Assembly (NCBI GenBank): GCA_045601945.1
Contig: JAZSAO010000278.1
Location: 1 to 41,230 of the forward strand
Origin: Faecousia sp.
Lineage (GTDB): Bacteria > Bacillota > Clostridia > Oscillospirales > Oscillospiraceae
DNA length: 41,230 nucleotides
Reading direction: 5' to 3'
Below the pieces are notes generated by a model, which did no database searches, was not told the origin of the DNA, and saw nothing but the letters and a program-made list of their open reading frames with translations. Below are positions 25,073 to 34,410 of the stretch, in pieces (within the stretch, counting starts at the first letter, position 1; every line of letters starts with the position of its first letter). The translations under genes were made by a program, and so were the position numbers.

Positions 25073-26107
25073 ATGGCAATCAAGAATATAGGCAACTACA
25101 GCGCGGGAACATTCACACTTCCCGGAAACGGCGGCTTCAATCCTGGTATGACTATGGACGCCGCAGGCATCGCATCCGGCGGTGCATTCCTTGTCAGCGA
25201 GCTTGAGAAGAGAGATACTCTGCTCCGCGAGCCGCTTGACAGCTTTACTTATCCCAGAGACATCGTGATCGAGGTCGGTGGCGGCTGGGCTGACTATGTC
25301 AGCGCCATGTCCGTCGCTTACGGCATAACCGGAGGCGCCGGTGCATCTCCGGTAACCGCAGGCGGTGCTAATGGTATCCCTGTAGTACAGGCAAGCCTGG
25401 ACAAGGGAACCTTTAAGGCACACACCTTTGCCGCTGCCCTGCGCGTTATGTTCCAGGATATGCAGAGAGCAAACTTCGTAGGCCGTTCTCTGGATCAGAT
25501 GCTGACCGACGGTGTAAGGCTTGCTTATGATAAGCACCTTGACCAGAACGTCTATATCGGTATCTCCGAGTACGGATCTACTGGTCTTATCAACGATGCG
25601 AATGTCACCACGACCACAGCCGCCGCTACCGGAACCTCATCTGCGACCACCTGGTCCAGCAAGACTCCGAAGGCTATCCTTGCTGACATCAACGATGCCA
25701 TCACTACCGCTTGGGCGGCTGCTGAGTATGATGAGTCGGCTATGCCGAATCACATCCTTATGCCGTATGAGCAGTACAACTACATCCTCACCACGATGGT
25801 GACCGATCTGGCAGAGACTTCCATCCTGGACTACGTTATGAAGAATAACGCCGCGTCCAAGAACGGAAAGAGCCTGTTCATCGGTGGATGCAGATGGCTT
25901 AAGGGCGCTGGTACTTCCGGTGCTGACAGAATGATCGTTTACAACAACGACCGTAGGTTCGTTAAGATGGATGAGCTCGTTCCTCTTTCCAGGATCATGA
26001 CCCAGCCGAACGCGACCAGCGTTTGCTACGACACCGCTTACATGGCAAATCTGACCGAGGTTCAGATCTACTATCCGCAGACCTTCCTTTATGTGGACGG
26101 TATATAG
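25073..26107 (+). CDS. Major capsid protein (DUF2184)
   Basis: TMDAA..GAFLVSELEKRD, GLIND.NV, W..KTP..IL.DIN, YVDGI terminus. Confidence 0.93.
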   Translation: MAIKNIGNYSAGTFTLPGNGGFNPGMTMDAAGIASGGAFLVSELEKRDTLLREPLDSFTYPRDIVIEVGGGWADYVSAMSVAYGITGGAGASPVTAGGANGIPVVQASLDKGTFKAHTFAAALRVMFQDMQRANFVGRSLDQMLTDGVRLAYDKHLDQNVYIGISEYGSTGLINDANVTTTTAAATGTSSATTWSSKTPKAILADINDAITTAWAAAEYDESAMPNHILMPYEQYNYILTTMVTDLAETSILDYVMKNNAASKNGKSLFIGGCRWLKGAGTSGADRMIVYNNDRRFVKMDELVPLSRIMTQPNATSVCYDTAYMANLTEVQIYYPQTFLYVDGI

Positions 26108-26109
26108 CC

Positions 26110-26361
26110 ATGTTGGTTATCGCGAGAGGAAACTTCCTGTTCCGCGATAACGGCGAAAACTATCTCCTTAAAGGAGGAGTTTTGACTTCCGTTCCCGACT
26201 GGGTAACCAAGAGCGCCTTTTTCGGCGCTCTGGTCCAGGAGGGCAGAATAGCCATCTCCGATTCCACCAGCGACAAGAAAGTCGTTAAGGCTATTGAAGA
26301 GGCCGAAGTCAAAGAAGCCGTTGCCAAGGAGCAGAAGAAGAAAACCACCAAGAAAAAGTAA
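26110..26361 (+). CDS. Small head-associated protein
   Basis: VPDWV....F..L...G.I motif; Lys-rich tail; follows MCP. Confidence 0.7.
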   Translation: MLVIARGNFLFRDNGENYLLKGGVLTSVPDWVTKSAFFGALVQEGRIAISDSTSDKKVVKAIEEAEVKEAVAKEQKKKTTKKK

Positions 26362-26376
26362 GAGGAGGACTGCGGG

Positions 26377-26853
26377 ATGCAGAGACAATTTTACGGCGTT
26401 ATCGAAAGAGCGTCGAATATAGGCAGACAGGAAGGTAACTATACCGAAGCGATGTTTGCGGAAGACTTCCCGCAGTTCTTTGGCGTAGACGGACATTGCC
26501 ATGTACCACCAGCCGTTCTTGCGGATCTTATCGCAATGACCAATGCGTCGATTCAGCCGGATAAGTGGCTTGAATCCTGGAGGTATGGTGCTGGTCTTTT
26601 CCTTGCGCATAATGCAACGATGTACCTGCGCACCTACAGGGACTTCACGGAGACTCCGCAGCTCGCTGCAGCATCCGGGGAGGTCATCGGCGTTGTCAAG
26701 AGTGCGAACCTGGGCGATGCATCCGTGTCTTATGATGATGGATCCACGACTATGGCTACGCAGGGCTGGGGCGACCTTAACGCAACGATGTACGGTCAGC
26801 TTTTGGCGACTAAAGCACGGTTCATTGGTATGGGAGGATCCTACGTCTTATGA
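26377..26853 (+). CDS. Head-tail adaptor (DUF4054)
   Basis: F.EDFPQF, GLFLAH, GDASVSYD, NATMYGQ motifs. Confidence 0.88.
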   Translation: MQRQFYGVIERASNIGRQEGNYTEAMFAEDFPQFFGVDGHCHVPPAVLADLIAMTNASIQPDKWLESWRYGAGLFLAHNATMYLRTYRDFTETPQLAAASGEVIGVVKSANLGDASVSYDDGSTTMATQGWGDLNATMYGQLLATKARFIGMGGSYVL

Positions 26854-27242
26854 ACTTTTACGATTGGTACACAGATTCGATGGATATCTATCGGGTCGTT
26901 CAGGACAAGTCCGGTCCGGTCGTAAGGAACGAGAGGCAGAAGGTCTACTCTGGTATTCCGTGCCGGATCTATCAGGATAGCAATCCTGCGCCGAGCATGA
27001 ATCGGCAGGCTGCGGATTTTCAGAACAACCTGAAGATCGCCTGCAGGAACGACGTCGATGTCCGGGGCGGTGACGAACTTATCATCACTCGGGGCGGCCG
27101 GATAGGACACACCGATGAGAAGTGCAGGGCGTTTGCCGGAGAGCCGCACAAGTATTACGAGCCTTACGGGGCCGTGATGCCGCAGCTCGAGCATCAGGAG
27201 GTTTCCCTGCTGCAGATGGAGCGCATCGATGGAGTTGATTGA
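26850..27242 (+). CDS. Head closure / stopper protein
   Basis: IPCRIY, DVRGGDELIITRG, HQEV motifs; synteny. Confidence 0.75.
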   Translation: MNFYDWYTDSMDIYRVVQDKSGPVVRNERQKVYSGIPCRIYQDSNPAPSMNRQAADFQNNLKIACRNDVDVRGGDELIITRGGRIGHTDEKCRAFAGEPHKYYEPYGAVMPQLEHQEVSLLQMERIDGVD

Positions 27243-27711
27243 GTATATCGAAAAACTCAGGAAGGCACACAAGGTGATCAGCGCGCATATCGATGATATT
27301 GCACGAGAAGCGACCTTTGCGGCGATCGAAGCTGCGACCGAAGCTACACCGCCGGTCGACGACCTGTCAGGGACAAATACGCGTTCTGGCGAGCTTAAAG
27401 CGCATTGGGCGACCGATTCATCCACCGAGCCGGAAAAACGCGGGAGAAAGCGAATTACGCACCTTGCAAACGGCATCTCGTATGCGAGTTATGTGAACGA
27501 CGGTCACAGAATGGACAGGCACTTCGTTCCTGGGCTTTATATCAATCCGTACTCGGATATGCTGGAGTATGATCCTGCGTATCCTGGAGGAATCACGGTC
27601 GGTACGAAGACGACTTATGTGCCGGGTCTGTTCATGGCCGAGAAGGGTGAGAAGGCTTACGAGGCAGCAGTCGAGGACTTGATGAAGAAGGTATTGGAGG
27701 AGATTCCATGA
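27229..27711 (+). CDS. Neck protein, HK97 gp10-like
   Basis: TPP...SGELKAHW, YASYVNDGHR, VPGLFM motifs. Confidence 0.82.
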   Translation: MELIEYIEKLRKAHKVISAHIDDIAREATFAAIEAATEATPPVDDLSGTNTRSGELKAHWATDSSTEPEKRGRKRITHLANGISYASYVNDGHRMDRHFVPGLYINPYSDMLEYDPAYPGGITVGTKTTYVPGLFMAEKGEKAYEAAVEDLMKKVLEEIP

Positions 27712-28160
27712 CTTTTACAATCGAAAATCTTGCGGATTCGCTTGCTGCACATCTGGCTCCGTATCTTCCGGGCGTTGTGTTTTACGAGGACCCGAATCAG
27801 CAGGGGACCAAGTGTCCGTGCGCATTCATCCAGCTTATGAACTCGGAGGTCGCACTTAGGCGGCAGAAGTGGCTTTTGAGGACGCTTCGGCTTGACCTGA
27901 CGTACCTTGAGGACTACAACTTGCCCGACCTGCAGAGGCGCTATCAGAAGGTCGCTGAGGTCTTGGATCTATGCATGGAGACCTTTGCTTACGTTTCTGG
28001 AAGCGAGTCCGTCATCCTGAGAACAAAGAACCGCCAGGCGCAGATAGACCTGGACGGGCTGCATTATAAGTTTGACCTGGATGTTTGGCTTATGCCGGGC
28101 GATACAGGCACACTTATGCGGACGCTCGATCTTACCGAAGAGGTTAGTTATGGCAGCTAA
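27708..28160 (+). CDS. Tail terminator-like protein
   Basis: Y.DPNQQG...PCAFI and D.LHYKF motifs; synteny. Confidence 0.75.
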   Translation: MTFTIENLADSLAAHLAPYLPGVVFYEDPNQQGTKCPCAFIQLMNSEVALRRQKWLLRTLRLDLTYLEDYNLPDLQRRYQKVAEVLDLCMETFAYVSGSESVILRTKNRQAQIDLDGLHYKFDLDVWLMPGDTGTLMRTLDLTEEVSYGS

Positions 28161-28305
28161 AAAGTACACGCGCGAGGCAATACTCGCATCTAAAGAGTTT
28201 GCAGGCTATCAGCAGGACTTTCTTAAGGTGTTGCTTATAAAGCCTGAATACACGCTTGCCGAGGCGAAGAAGATCGCCGAGGCATTTTTCACGAAGGAGA
28301 AATAA
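28150..28305 (+). CDS. Small conserved pre-sheath protein
   Basis: YTREAILASKEF...DFLKVLL...YTLAEA pattern. Confidence 0.7.
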   Translation: MAAKKYTREAILASKEFAGYQQDFLKVLLIKPEYTLAEAKKIAEAFFTKEK

Positions 28306-28306
28306 T

Positions 28307-29647
28307 ATGGCTGGAGGAACATTTGATACCCAGAACAAGGTCAGGGCGGGAGTCTACATCAGATTCAAATCCGCACCGCAGACCTCGTTCGCGGTTGGAA
28401 CTCGCGGCACCGTGGCTATCTGTGAGCCTCTGTCCTGGGGGCCGGAAGCGGTAGTTACGGAGGTCGATGCTTCGACCGATCTGACGAATATTACCGGCTA
28501 TGCTCTGTCCGATCCTCATAACCGTTTCCTGCAGGAAATGTTCAAGGGAACGAACAGGACGACCGGTCCCGCGAAGGTGCTTTTATATAGACCTACAGCC
28601 GGAAGCTGGGCAAAGGCGACCGGTTCCGCGGGTAACTTAAGCATTACAGCGAAGTGCTACGGCGTTCGCGGCAATGATATCGTGGTGGTCATAACCGCCA
28701 TAGTAGGCACGGATGACTACCGTGTTGATACTGTTGTCGATGGCATCGTTGTGGATTCCCAGGTCAGCGCTACCGTTGGCGGTCTTTCCGCTAATGATTG
28801 GGTCACCTGGTCCGGTACGGCTTCGGCTGCGCTTGCTGCGAATACAGGCGTTACACTCGCAGGCGGTCTTGACGGCACCGTTGCGGCGTCTGCTTATGCG
28901 ACATTCCTGACTGCGATCGAGGCGTATCACTTCGACATTCTCTGCTATGACGGATCTGATTCAGATACTCTTACCGCCATGCAGAACTTCGTTGAAAGGA
29001 TCGCTGCTGAGAACGGTCAGTATGCACAGCTCGTAGCAGCCAATATGACTGCGCCTGACAGCAGATTCGTTATAAACGTCTGCTCCGGTGTCAAGCTGGA
29101 GGACGGAACGGATCTTACCGCTGCTCAGACATGCTGGTGGGTCGCCGGTGCGCAGGCTGGTGCGAGATACAACGAGAGTCTGACCTATGCGCAGTATCCC
29201 GGCGCTGTGTCCGTAAGCCCTGTGCTTACAAACGCACAGTACATCGCAGGCATCAACGCCGGTCAGCTTCTGCTCTTTGCGGATGCGGATGGTGTCAAGG
29301 TCGAGTCCGATATAGACTCGCTGACCACCTACAACACAGACATCAGCAAGGTGTTCGCCAAGAACCGCGTCATGCGTCTGTGCAATCAGATCGCCAACGA
29401 CATCTTCGCTGAGTTCTCCCGCAACTATATCGGCATAGTGAACAACAATGCTGTTGGTCGTTCGAGGTTCAAGGGCGCTGTCGTCGGTTATCTTCTGGAC
29501 ATCCAGGCGAACGGCGGCATACAGAACTTCACGTCTGATGATGTTGAGGTCCTGGCAGGCGATTGGATAGACGCCGTGGTCATTACCGTGGCCATTCAGG
29601 TCGTGGACGCTGCGGAGAAGATCTATCTGACGGTCGAAGTATCGTAG
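28307..29647 (+). CDS. Tail sheath protein (XkdK-like)
   Basis: MAGGTF.TQNKVRAGVYIRF, WVAGA.AG, KNRVMR, VDAAEKIY. Confidence 0.94.
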   Translation: MAGGTFDTQNKVRAGVYIRFKSAPQTSFAVGTRGTVAICEPLSWGPEAVVTEVDASTDLTNITGYALSDPHNRFLQEMFKGTNRTTGPAKVLLYRPTAGSWAKATGSAGNLSITAKCYGVRGNDIVVVITAIVGTDDYRVDTVVDGIVVDSQVSATVGGLSANDWVTWSGTASAALAANTGVTLAGGLDGTVAASAYATFLTAIEAYHFDILCYDGSDSDTLTAMQNFVERIAAENGQYAQLVAANMTAPDSRFVINVCSGVKLEDGTDLTAAQTCWWVAGAQAGARYNESLTYAQYPGAVSVSPVLTNAQYIAGINAGQLLLFADADGVKVESDIDSLTTYNTDISKVFAKNRVMRLCNQIANDIFAEFSRNYIGIVNNNAVGRSRFKGAVVGYLLDIQANGGIQNFTSDDVEVLAGDWIDAVVITVAIQVVDAAEKIYLTVEVS

Positions 29648-29657
29648 GAGGTTTAGA

Positions 29658-30131
29658 ATGGCATATTTACTTGCGAGAGACACCGTCAACGGTGCGGAGG
29701 GTCAGATCTTCATTTCCGTAGATGGTAAGAACATCGAAGTGGCGAGCATGCGCAACATCACGACGCAGGCGGAGCTGCAGGATAACGATATGAGGGTCAT
29801 AGGCACAAGGCTGATCCAGAACAAGACCAACGGTGCGAAGCTCTCCGGATCCGGCAACATTTATTACGGATCCAACCTGTTTATCGACATGGTTCTGCAA
29901 TACATCAACACAGGCGTTATGCCGGAGTTCTCGATCCAGATCGTGAACAATGATCCGTCCACATCCATCGGTGCGCAGAACATCGTTTACTACAACTGCA
30001 AGCTGACCGGCACGATCCCGATGTCGATTCTGAACGATGAGGAGGCTATGCTGAATCACGACTTCAGTTTTTCCATCGGCAAGGCCGCAAGGCTTGAGGC
30101 GTTCAAGGATCCGGCACAGCTCGGTAACTGA
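29658..30131 (+). CDS. Tail tube protein (XkdM-like)
   Basis: DTVNGAEG, NNDPSTSIGAQ motifs; follows sheath. Confidence 0.9.
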   Translation: MAYLLARDTVNGAEGQIFISVDGKNIEVASMRNITTQAELQDNDMRVIGTRLIQNKTNGAKLSGSGNIYYGSNLFIDMVLQYINTGVMPEFSIQIVNNDPSTSIGAQNIVYYNCKLTGTIPMSILNDEEAMLNHDFSFSIGKAARLEAFKDPAQLGN

Positions 30132-30149
30132 TCTATTTAGGAGGAAGTC

Positions 30150-30563
30150 ATGACAGATCTTTATGCATTCCTGCATCCGGAGACTCCGGGGCAGAAGGAG
30201 GTAGTTTTGAGCCGTTTCAAGAAAGAGGACGGCTCGGTCGATGCGTTCATAATCAAGCCGCTTACCGCGGAGGAGAATGATGCGCTTATAAAGCGTTGCA
30301 CCATTACCACCAAGGACCGTGGCGGTGAGAGGAGACGTATCGATTCCACCAAGTACATGAAGGCGATCATCGTAGCTGCGACCGTGCATCCTGATTTCCG
30401 GGATGAACGGCTCTGCGACGCTTACGGCGTGGTTGATCCTATCCTTGTGGTGGGTAAGATGCTTCTTGCAGGCGAGCAGACGAAACTCGCCGATGAGATT
30501 CTCGCTCTGTCTGGCCTTGATGAAGACACGGCAGCAGCGGAAGAGGAAGAGGCAAAAAACTGA
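30150..30563 (+). CDS. Tail assembly chaperone (XkdN-like)
   Basis: RFK..DG....F.IK.LT, V.PDF, MLLAGE, EAKN terminus. Confidence 0.88.
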   Translation: MTDLYAFLHPETPGQKEVVLSRFKKEDGSVDAFIIKPLTAEENDALIKRCTITTKDRGGERRRIDSTKYMKAIIVAATVHPDFRDERLCDAYGVVDPILVVGKMLLAGEQTKLADEILALSGLDEDTAAAEEEEAKN

Positions 30564-30724
30564 TGTCGGAGTCCGATCCCGACACGGTCTTGGCATACTA
30601 TTGCTGGGTCAACCGGAATTGGACTCCATCGCAATATATAGCACTTTCCAGGCGGGAGCGTCTTTTGGTAGCGCTCTTTGCAAAGAGGGAAGCTGAGGAG
30701 CGGAAGAAGAATGGCAGCCGTTGA
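30554..30724 (+). CDS. -1 frameshift extension of the tail chaperone (G-T type)
   Basis: Slippery A AAA AAC at 30554-30560; -1 frame LMSESDPDTVLAYYCWVNRNWTPSQY...RER is open to TGA 30724. Confidence 0.8.
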   Translation, partial: KKLMSESDPDTVLAYYCWVNRNWTPSQYIALSRRERLLVALFAKREAEERKKNGSR

Positions 30725-31901
30725 ACGGGAACTTACGCTTGTAGATAAGGTCACGGGCGTACTTACAAAGATAATAACAGGCTTTGAGAAGGTCGATGAT
30801 AAGGTCGATGATACTGCCGAGCACGCCGAGAAGGCAACCGATGGGGTCCTTAAGAAACTCGCGAGGTTTGCTGGGAAGGCCATTTCGATTGCCGCATCAG
30901 TATTCGATACTCTTAAGAGATTTTTGAGCAAGGGCATAGAGTACGTTCCGGACGACATAATTGAGCCGTTCTATGCAATAAAAGACTTCTTTGAAAAGAC
31001 TCTTGGTCGTGTGGTCACATCGTTCTTTAAGGGCGCTCAAAAGGGCTTTGAGAAGTTCAGGAAGGCGCTTGATAGTCCTGGTGTGCGAAAAGCAATAATT
31101 TTCTTGCAAGTGGCGTTTGAGGCTATCGGCGCTGCGGTCGGGTTTGTCGCCGAGCGCATTGCCGCATTCATGGAATTCCTGGGAAACCAGCTTGGTACTG
31201 CCGGAGATTGGTTCGGAGAACTATTTGCGTTCTTGGGCGGATTGTTTGGGACAATTTATGTCACGGTCCACAATGTTGTAGCTGCGATTTGGAACATCAT
31301 TGCTACATTAGCGGAGTTTTTAGGGAATGTCTTTGATCATCCGGTGCAGGCAATAGCAAACCTGTTCCTAAAGATAGGGAGCACCGTTTTGGATATCGTC
31401 ATGGTTATTACCAGGGCGATAGATAAAATCTTCAAGACGGATTGGACTGCGAGCATTCAGGAGTTTCAAGGCAAGATATTAGACCTTGCAGAGGCGCAGT
31501 ATTCTGGATTAGACCATCTCGAACTTCAGAGGCTTGAGACCATCTCGTATGACGAGGTCAACAAGTTCGTTGAGGCGGGACGCGGCTTTGGCGAGCGTTT
31601 GTCCTCGGCTAATATTGATAAGGAGCAGCTTGCGTCTATCAAGAACATCGAGTCCGGTGTCGGTGGTATCTACGATGCGGTCACGGATGAGGACCTGCAG
31701 ATGCTCATAGACATCGCTACGCAGAAGTTCGTGTCCAACGTCAACCTTACGGCGCAGACTCCGGTCATCACGATCAATGGGGCAAACACAGGCAATACGG
31801 ATGCGGACAGACGCGCTCTTGCGAACACCATCAGGGACATCCTCGTGGAGCAAGTCGCTTCGGGATCCACGTCTGGTCAGTACGCTTATGCGGGGGCATA
31901 A
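30711..31901 (+). CDS. Tape measure protein (short, 396 aa)
   Basis: Follows the chaperones; LTLVDK N-terminus, amphipathic helical repeats, EDLQML.DIA C-terminal motif. Confidence 0.82.
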   Translation: MAAVERELTLVDKVTGVLTKIITGFEKVDDKVDDTAEHAEKATDGVLKKLARFAGKAISIAASVFDTLKRFLSKGIEYVPDDIIEPFYAIKDFFEKTLGRVVTSFFKGAQKGFEKFRKALDSPGVRKAIIFLQVAFEAIGAAVGFVAERIAAFMEFLGNQLGTAGDWFGELFAFLGGLFGTIYVTVHNVVAAIWNIIATLAEFLGNVFDHPVQAIANLFLKIGSTVLDIVMVITRAIDKIFKTDWTASIQEFQGKILDLAEAQYSGLDHLELQRLETISYDEVNKFVEAGRGFGERLSSANIDKEQLASIKNIESGVGGIYDAVTDEDLQMLIDIATQKFVSNVNLTAQTPVITINGANTGNTDADRRALANTIRDILVEQVASGSTSGQYAYAGA

Positions 31902-32672
31902 ATGAACAACTACGGAATCTTTTTCACATTAGGATCCAAGGTCATAAGGTTGCCTATCAATCCGGAGGAGCTGCCTGATACGCTCGCCGGGGCGAACGAG
32001 ACCGTAAACGTCCTGGGCATAGGTGATGTAACGCTGCCACGCACTCCACAGCAGCGAACTGTGGAGATTTCGGGGCTTTTCCCTGCACGACCGGAAAGTT
32101 ATGTCCTGACACCGAACAAGTTCATGAAGCCGGAGGAGTACATCGAGTTCTTTAGGGGTGCGATGTACGACAAAAGCGTTCTTATCTATACTCCGGTTCG
32201 GTACATGGAGGATGGGACTCCGTTCGCTACGAACGATATGGGTTTCAGGTGTACTGTGGAGGGCTTTGAGGTTACCGAGAGGGGTGGCCAGACGGGCGAC
32301 TTCTACTACAAGATCTCCATTAAGGAGTATCGGGACTACACACCTGCCATCGTTAAGATCCAGACCGCAACGGCCGAGGACGGTTCTGCGGATGGGACCG
32401 TTTCGAGCGACACCAAGTCGGTAACGCAGGAGAAGACTCGGGATGTTCCCAACACGGAGATAGTGGTTGGGTCGGTCTGCGAGGCTAACGGGAATTATTA
32501 TTACACTTCATACGGAGAGGAGCCACATGGGAGTGCATCCGGCAGACGTTGCACGGTCGTTAGGATCGTCGACAAGGCTCGTAAAGCGCCGTACAACGTG
32601 CGAAGCGTTGATGGAGGCTCAATGGGTTGGATGGCTGGTTCTGCGCTTACTGTGGTCGATAATAATGTATGA
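31902..32672 (+). CDS. Tube initiator / XkdP-like baseplate protein
   Basis: RLPINPEE, GDFYY.I..KEYRDY motifs; C-terminal small beta domain. Confidence 0.75.
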   Translation: MNNYGIFFTLGSKVIRLPINPEELPDTLAGANETVNVLGIGDVTLPRTPQQRTVEISGLFPARPESYVLTPNKFMKPEEYIEFFRGAMYDKSVLIYTPVRYMEDGTPFATNDMGFRCTVEGFEVTERGGQTGDFYYKISIKEYRDYTPAIVKIQTATAEDGSADGTVSSDTKSVTQEKTRDVPNTEIVVGSVCEANGNYYYTSYGEEPHGSASGRRCTVVRIVDKARKAPYNVRSVDGGSMGWMAGSALTVVDNNV

Positions 32673-33672
32673 GCTTTTGATCGCAAACAAAGAGACGGGC
32701 GAGATTTGGGATGTCGCCAGCATAACGACTTCGGAGGTGTCCGTTTCCACCGAGCGGTCTGGGAGTCCTGCGCAACTATCGTTTTCGCTTTACCTTACGC
32801 CAGGGGTCAAGTTTTCTCATGGCGACATCGTAAGGTTCTCCGTAAACGGTCGGTTGATTTTCTATGGCTTTATTTTTACGATCGAGCACGGTCGTTGGAA
32901 CGCATGCACGGTCACTTGCTATGACCGGTTGCGGTATCTGAAGACCAATGCGACCTATGCGTTCTATGCGCTGACCGTAGGGGATATCATCCGGCAGATA
33001 GCCGGGGATCTTCAGCTTGATGTCGGTGAGATCGCTGACACAGGATACAAAATCCCGAAACTGATCGAGACGGACAAGGACTGCATTGACATCATCCAGG
33101 ATGCGCTCAACCAAACGCTTCTTAACACCGGACTTGTCTATGTGTTCTACGACAACGGCACCGGTCTGTCGCTTAAACAGGCAGGCGAGTGGACTTGTGA
33201 TACGGTCCTGGGCGATAAGAGTTTGGTCACGGAGTTTTCCTATAAGACTGACATTGATACGAACACTTACAACTCGGTCAAGATCGTGTCGCCGAACACG
33301 TCCACCGGGAAGAACGATGTCATCGTAGTCCAGGACTCTGCGAACATCGAGCGATGGGGACTTCTTCAGCTTTATCAGCCTGCAGACGAGGGGCGAAACA
33401 CGGCTCAGCTCGCTGCGCAGGCTCGGCAGACGCTGGAGTATTATAACAAGATCCACAAGACTCTGGCTTTGGAGACTTTGGGGGTCGATGGACTTCGGGC
33501 AGGCATGATGGTGCGCATCCTGTTGCCCAAAGCTGGTTTTGATTCTATTGCGGCGTGGACTCTTTGCGAGTCTGTGTCGCATTCTTATTCTCACGACATG
33601 CACACGATGCAAGTCGAGGTTTTGGAGTTAACTGATGACCTTATTGGACGCGCTACAGAAGATAGTGAGTGA
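32665..33672 (+). CDS. Baseplate hub (XkdQ-like)
   Basis: R.GSPA.L.F, FYGFIF, YDRLRYLK, DIDTNTYN, WGLLQ, RAG motifs. Confidence 0.87.
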   Translation: MYELLIANKETGEIWDVASITTSEVSVSTERSGSPAQLSFSLYLTPGVKFSHGDIVRFSVNGRLIFYGFIFTIEHGRWNACTVTCYDRLRYLKTNATYAFYALTVGDIIRQIAGDLQLDVGEIADTGYKIPKLIETDKDCIDIIQDALNQTLLNTGLVYVFYDNGTGLSLKQAGEWTCDTVLGDKSLVTEFSYKTDIDTNTYNSVKIVSPNTSTGKNDVIVVQDSANIERWGLLQLYQPADEGRNTAQLAAQARQTLEYYNKIHKTLALETLGVDGLRAGMMVRILLPKAGFDSIAAWTLCESVSHSYSHDMHTMQVEVLELTDDLIGRATEDSE

Positions 33673-33997
33673 CCAGCTTAAGGCGGGTCAGCTTACTGAT
33701 ATGGCGGTCGGCACCGTCACATCGGTGGATCCTTTGGAGATAGTGCTCGATGTACATCAGGCTGCTCTAAAGGGCGATGCTATCATCCTGACCGATGAGG
33801 TCAAGGAGAAGACTATTGATGTGTCCGGAGCGGGGTTTTTCCAGGATGTCAACGGCATTCTTTGCGCCGTTTGGGGTCAAGGCTCCGGAGGCGAGTCCTC
33901 GGGTGCTATCATCACAAGACCGCTTGCAGTCGGTGATAAGGTTCTTCTTTTGGCCGTTCAGCACGGTCAGACTTACATAGTTCTTTCGAGGTTGTAA
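33635..33997 (+). CDS. Baseplate spike-like protein (XkdR/DUF2577)
   Basis: GTVTSVDPL and L.VGDKVLLL....GQ.YIVL. Confidence 0.85.
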   Translation: MTLLDALQKIVSDQLKAGQLTDMAVGTVTSVDPLEIVLDVHQAALKGDAIILTDEVKEKTIDVSGAGFFQDVNGILCAVWGQGSGGESSGAIITRPLAVGDKVLLLAVQHGQTYIVLSRL

Positions 33998-34410
33998 TGG
34001 CTGTACTACCCAAGGATCCGTTCGCATTGAACGGGAATGTCATCATCAAGAATGAGCCTGGGCGGACTTGGTTTATAGACAAGGAGTCCGGCATGATAAA
34101 CGGCGAGGTCGACGGCTATGAGGCTGTGAGACAGGCTGTGGAGATACTGCTGCGTACCGACCGGTATCGCTGGCAGATCTACAGACCGTCATCCGGCGTT
34201 GACTACAGGAATCTGGTCGGCCGCGATCCCGGCTATGTGGCTATGGAGTTGCGCAGGCAGATAAACGAGGCCCTGTCTATGGACAGCCGGTTTATGAGCC
34301 TGGACAACTACGATTTTAAGGTCAAAGGCGATGTTCTGTCCGTGTCGTTCACGGTTAGGACGGTCTATGGTGATGTGGCGGAAACAATGGAGGTTCCGGT
34401 CTATGATTGA
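33997..34410 (+). CDS. Baseplate protein (XkdS/DUF2634)
   Basis: EAVRQAV...L.TDRY...IY, EAL..D.R, FTV.TVYG. Confidence 0.87.
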   Translation: MAVLPKDPFALNGNVIIKNEPGRTWFIDKESGMINGEVDGYEAVRQAVEILLRTDRYRWQIYRPSSGVDYRNLVGRDPGYVAMELRRQINEALSMDSRFMSLDNYDFKVKGDVLSVSFTVRTVYGDVAETMEVPVYD

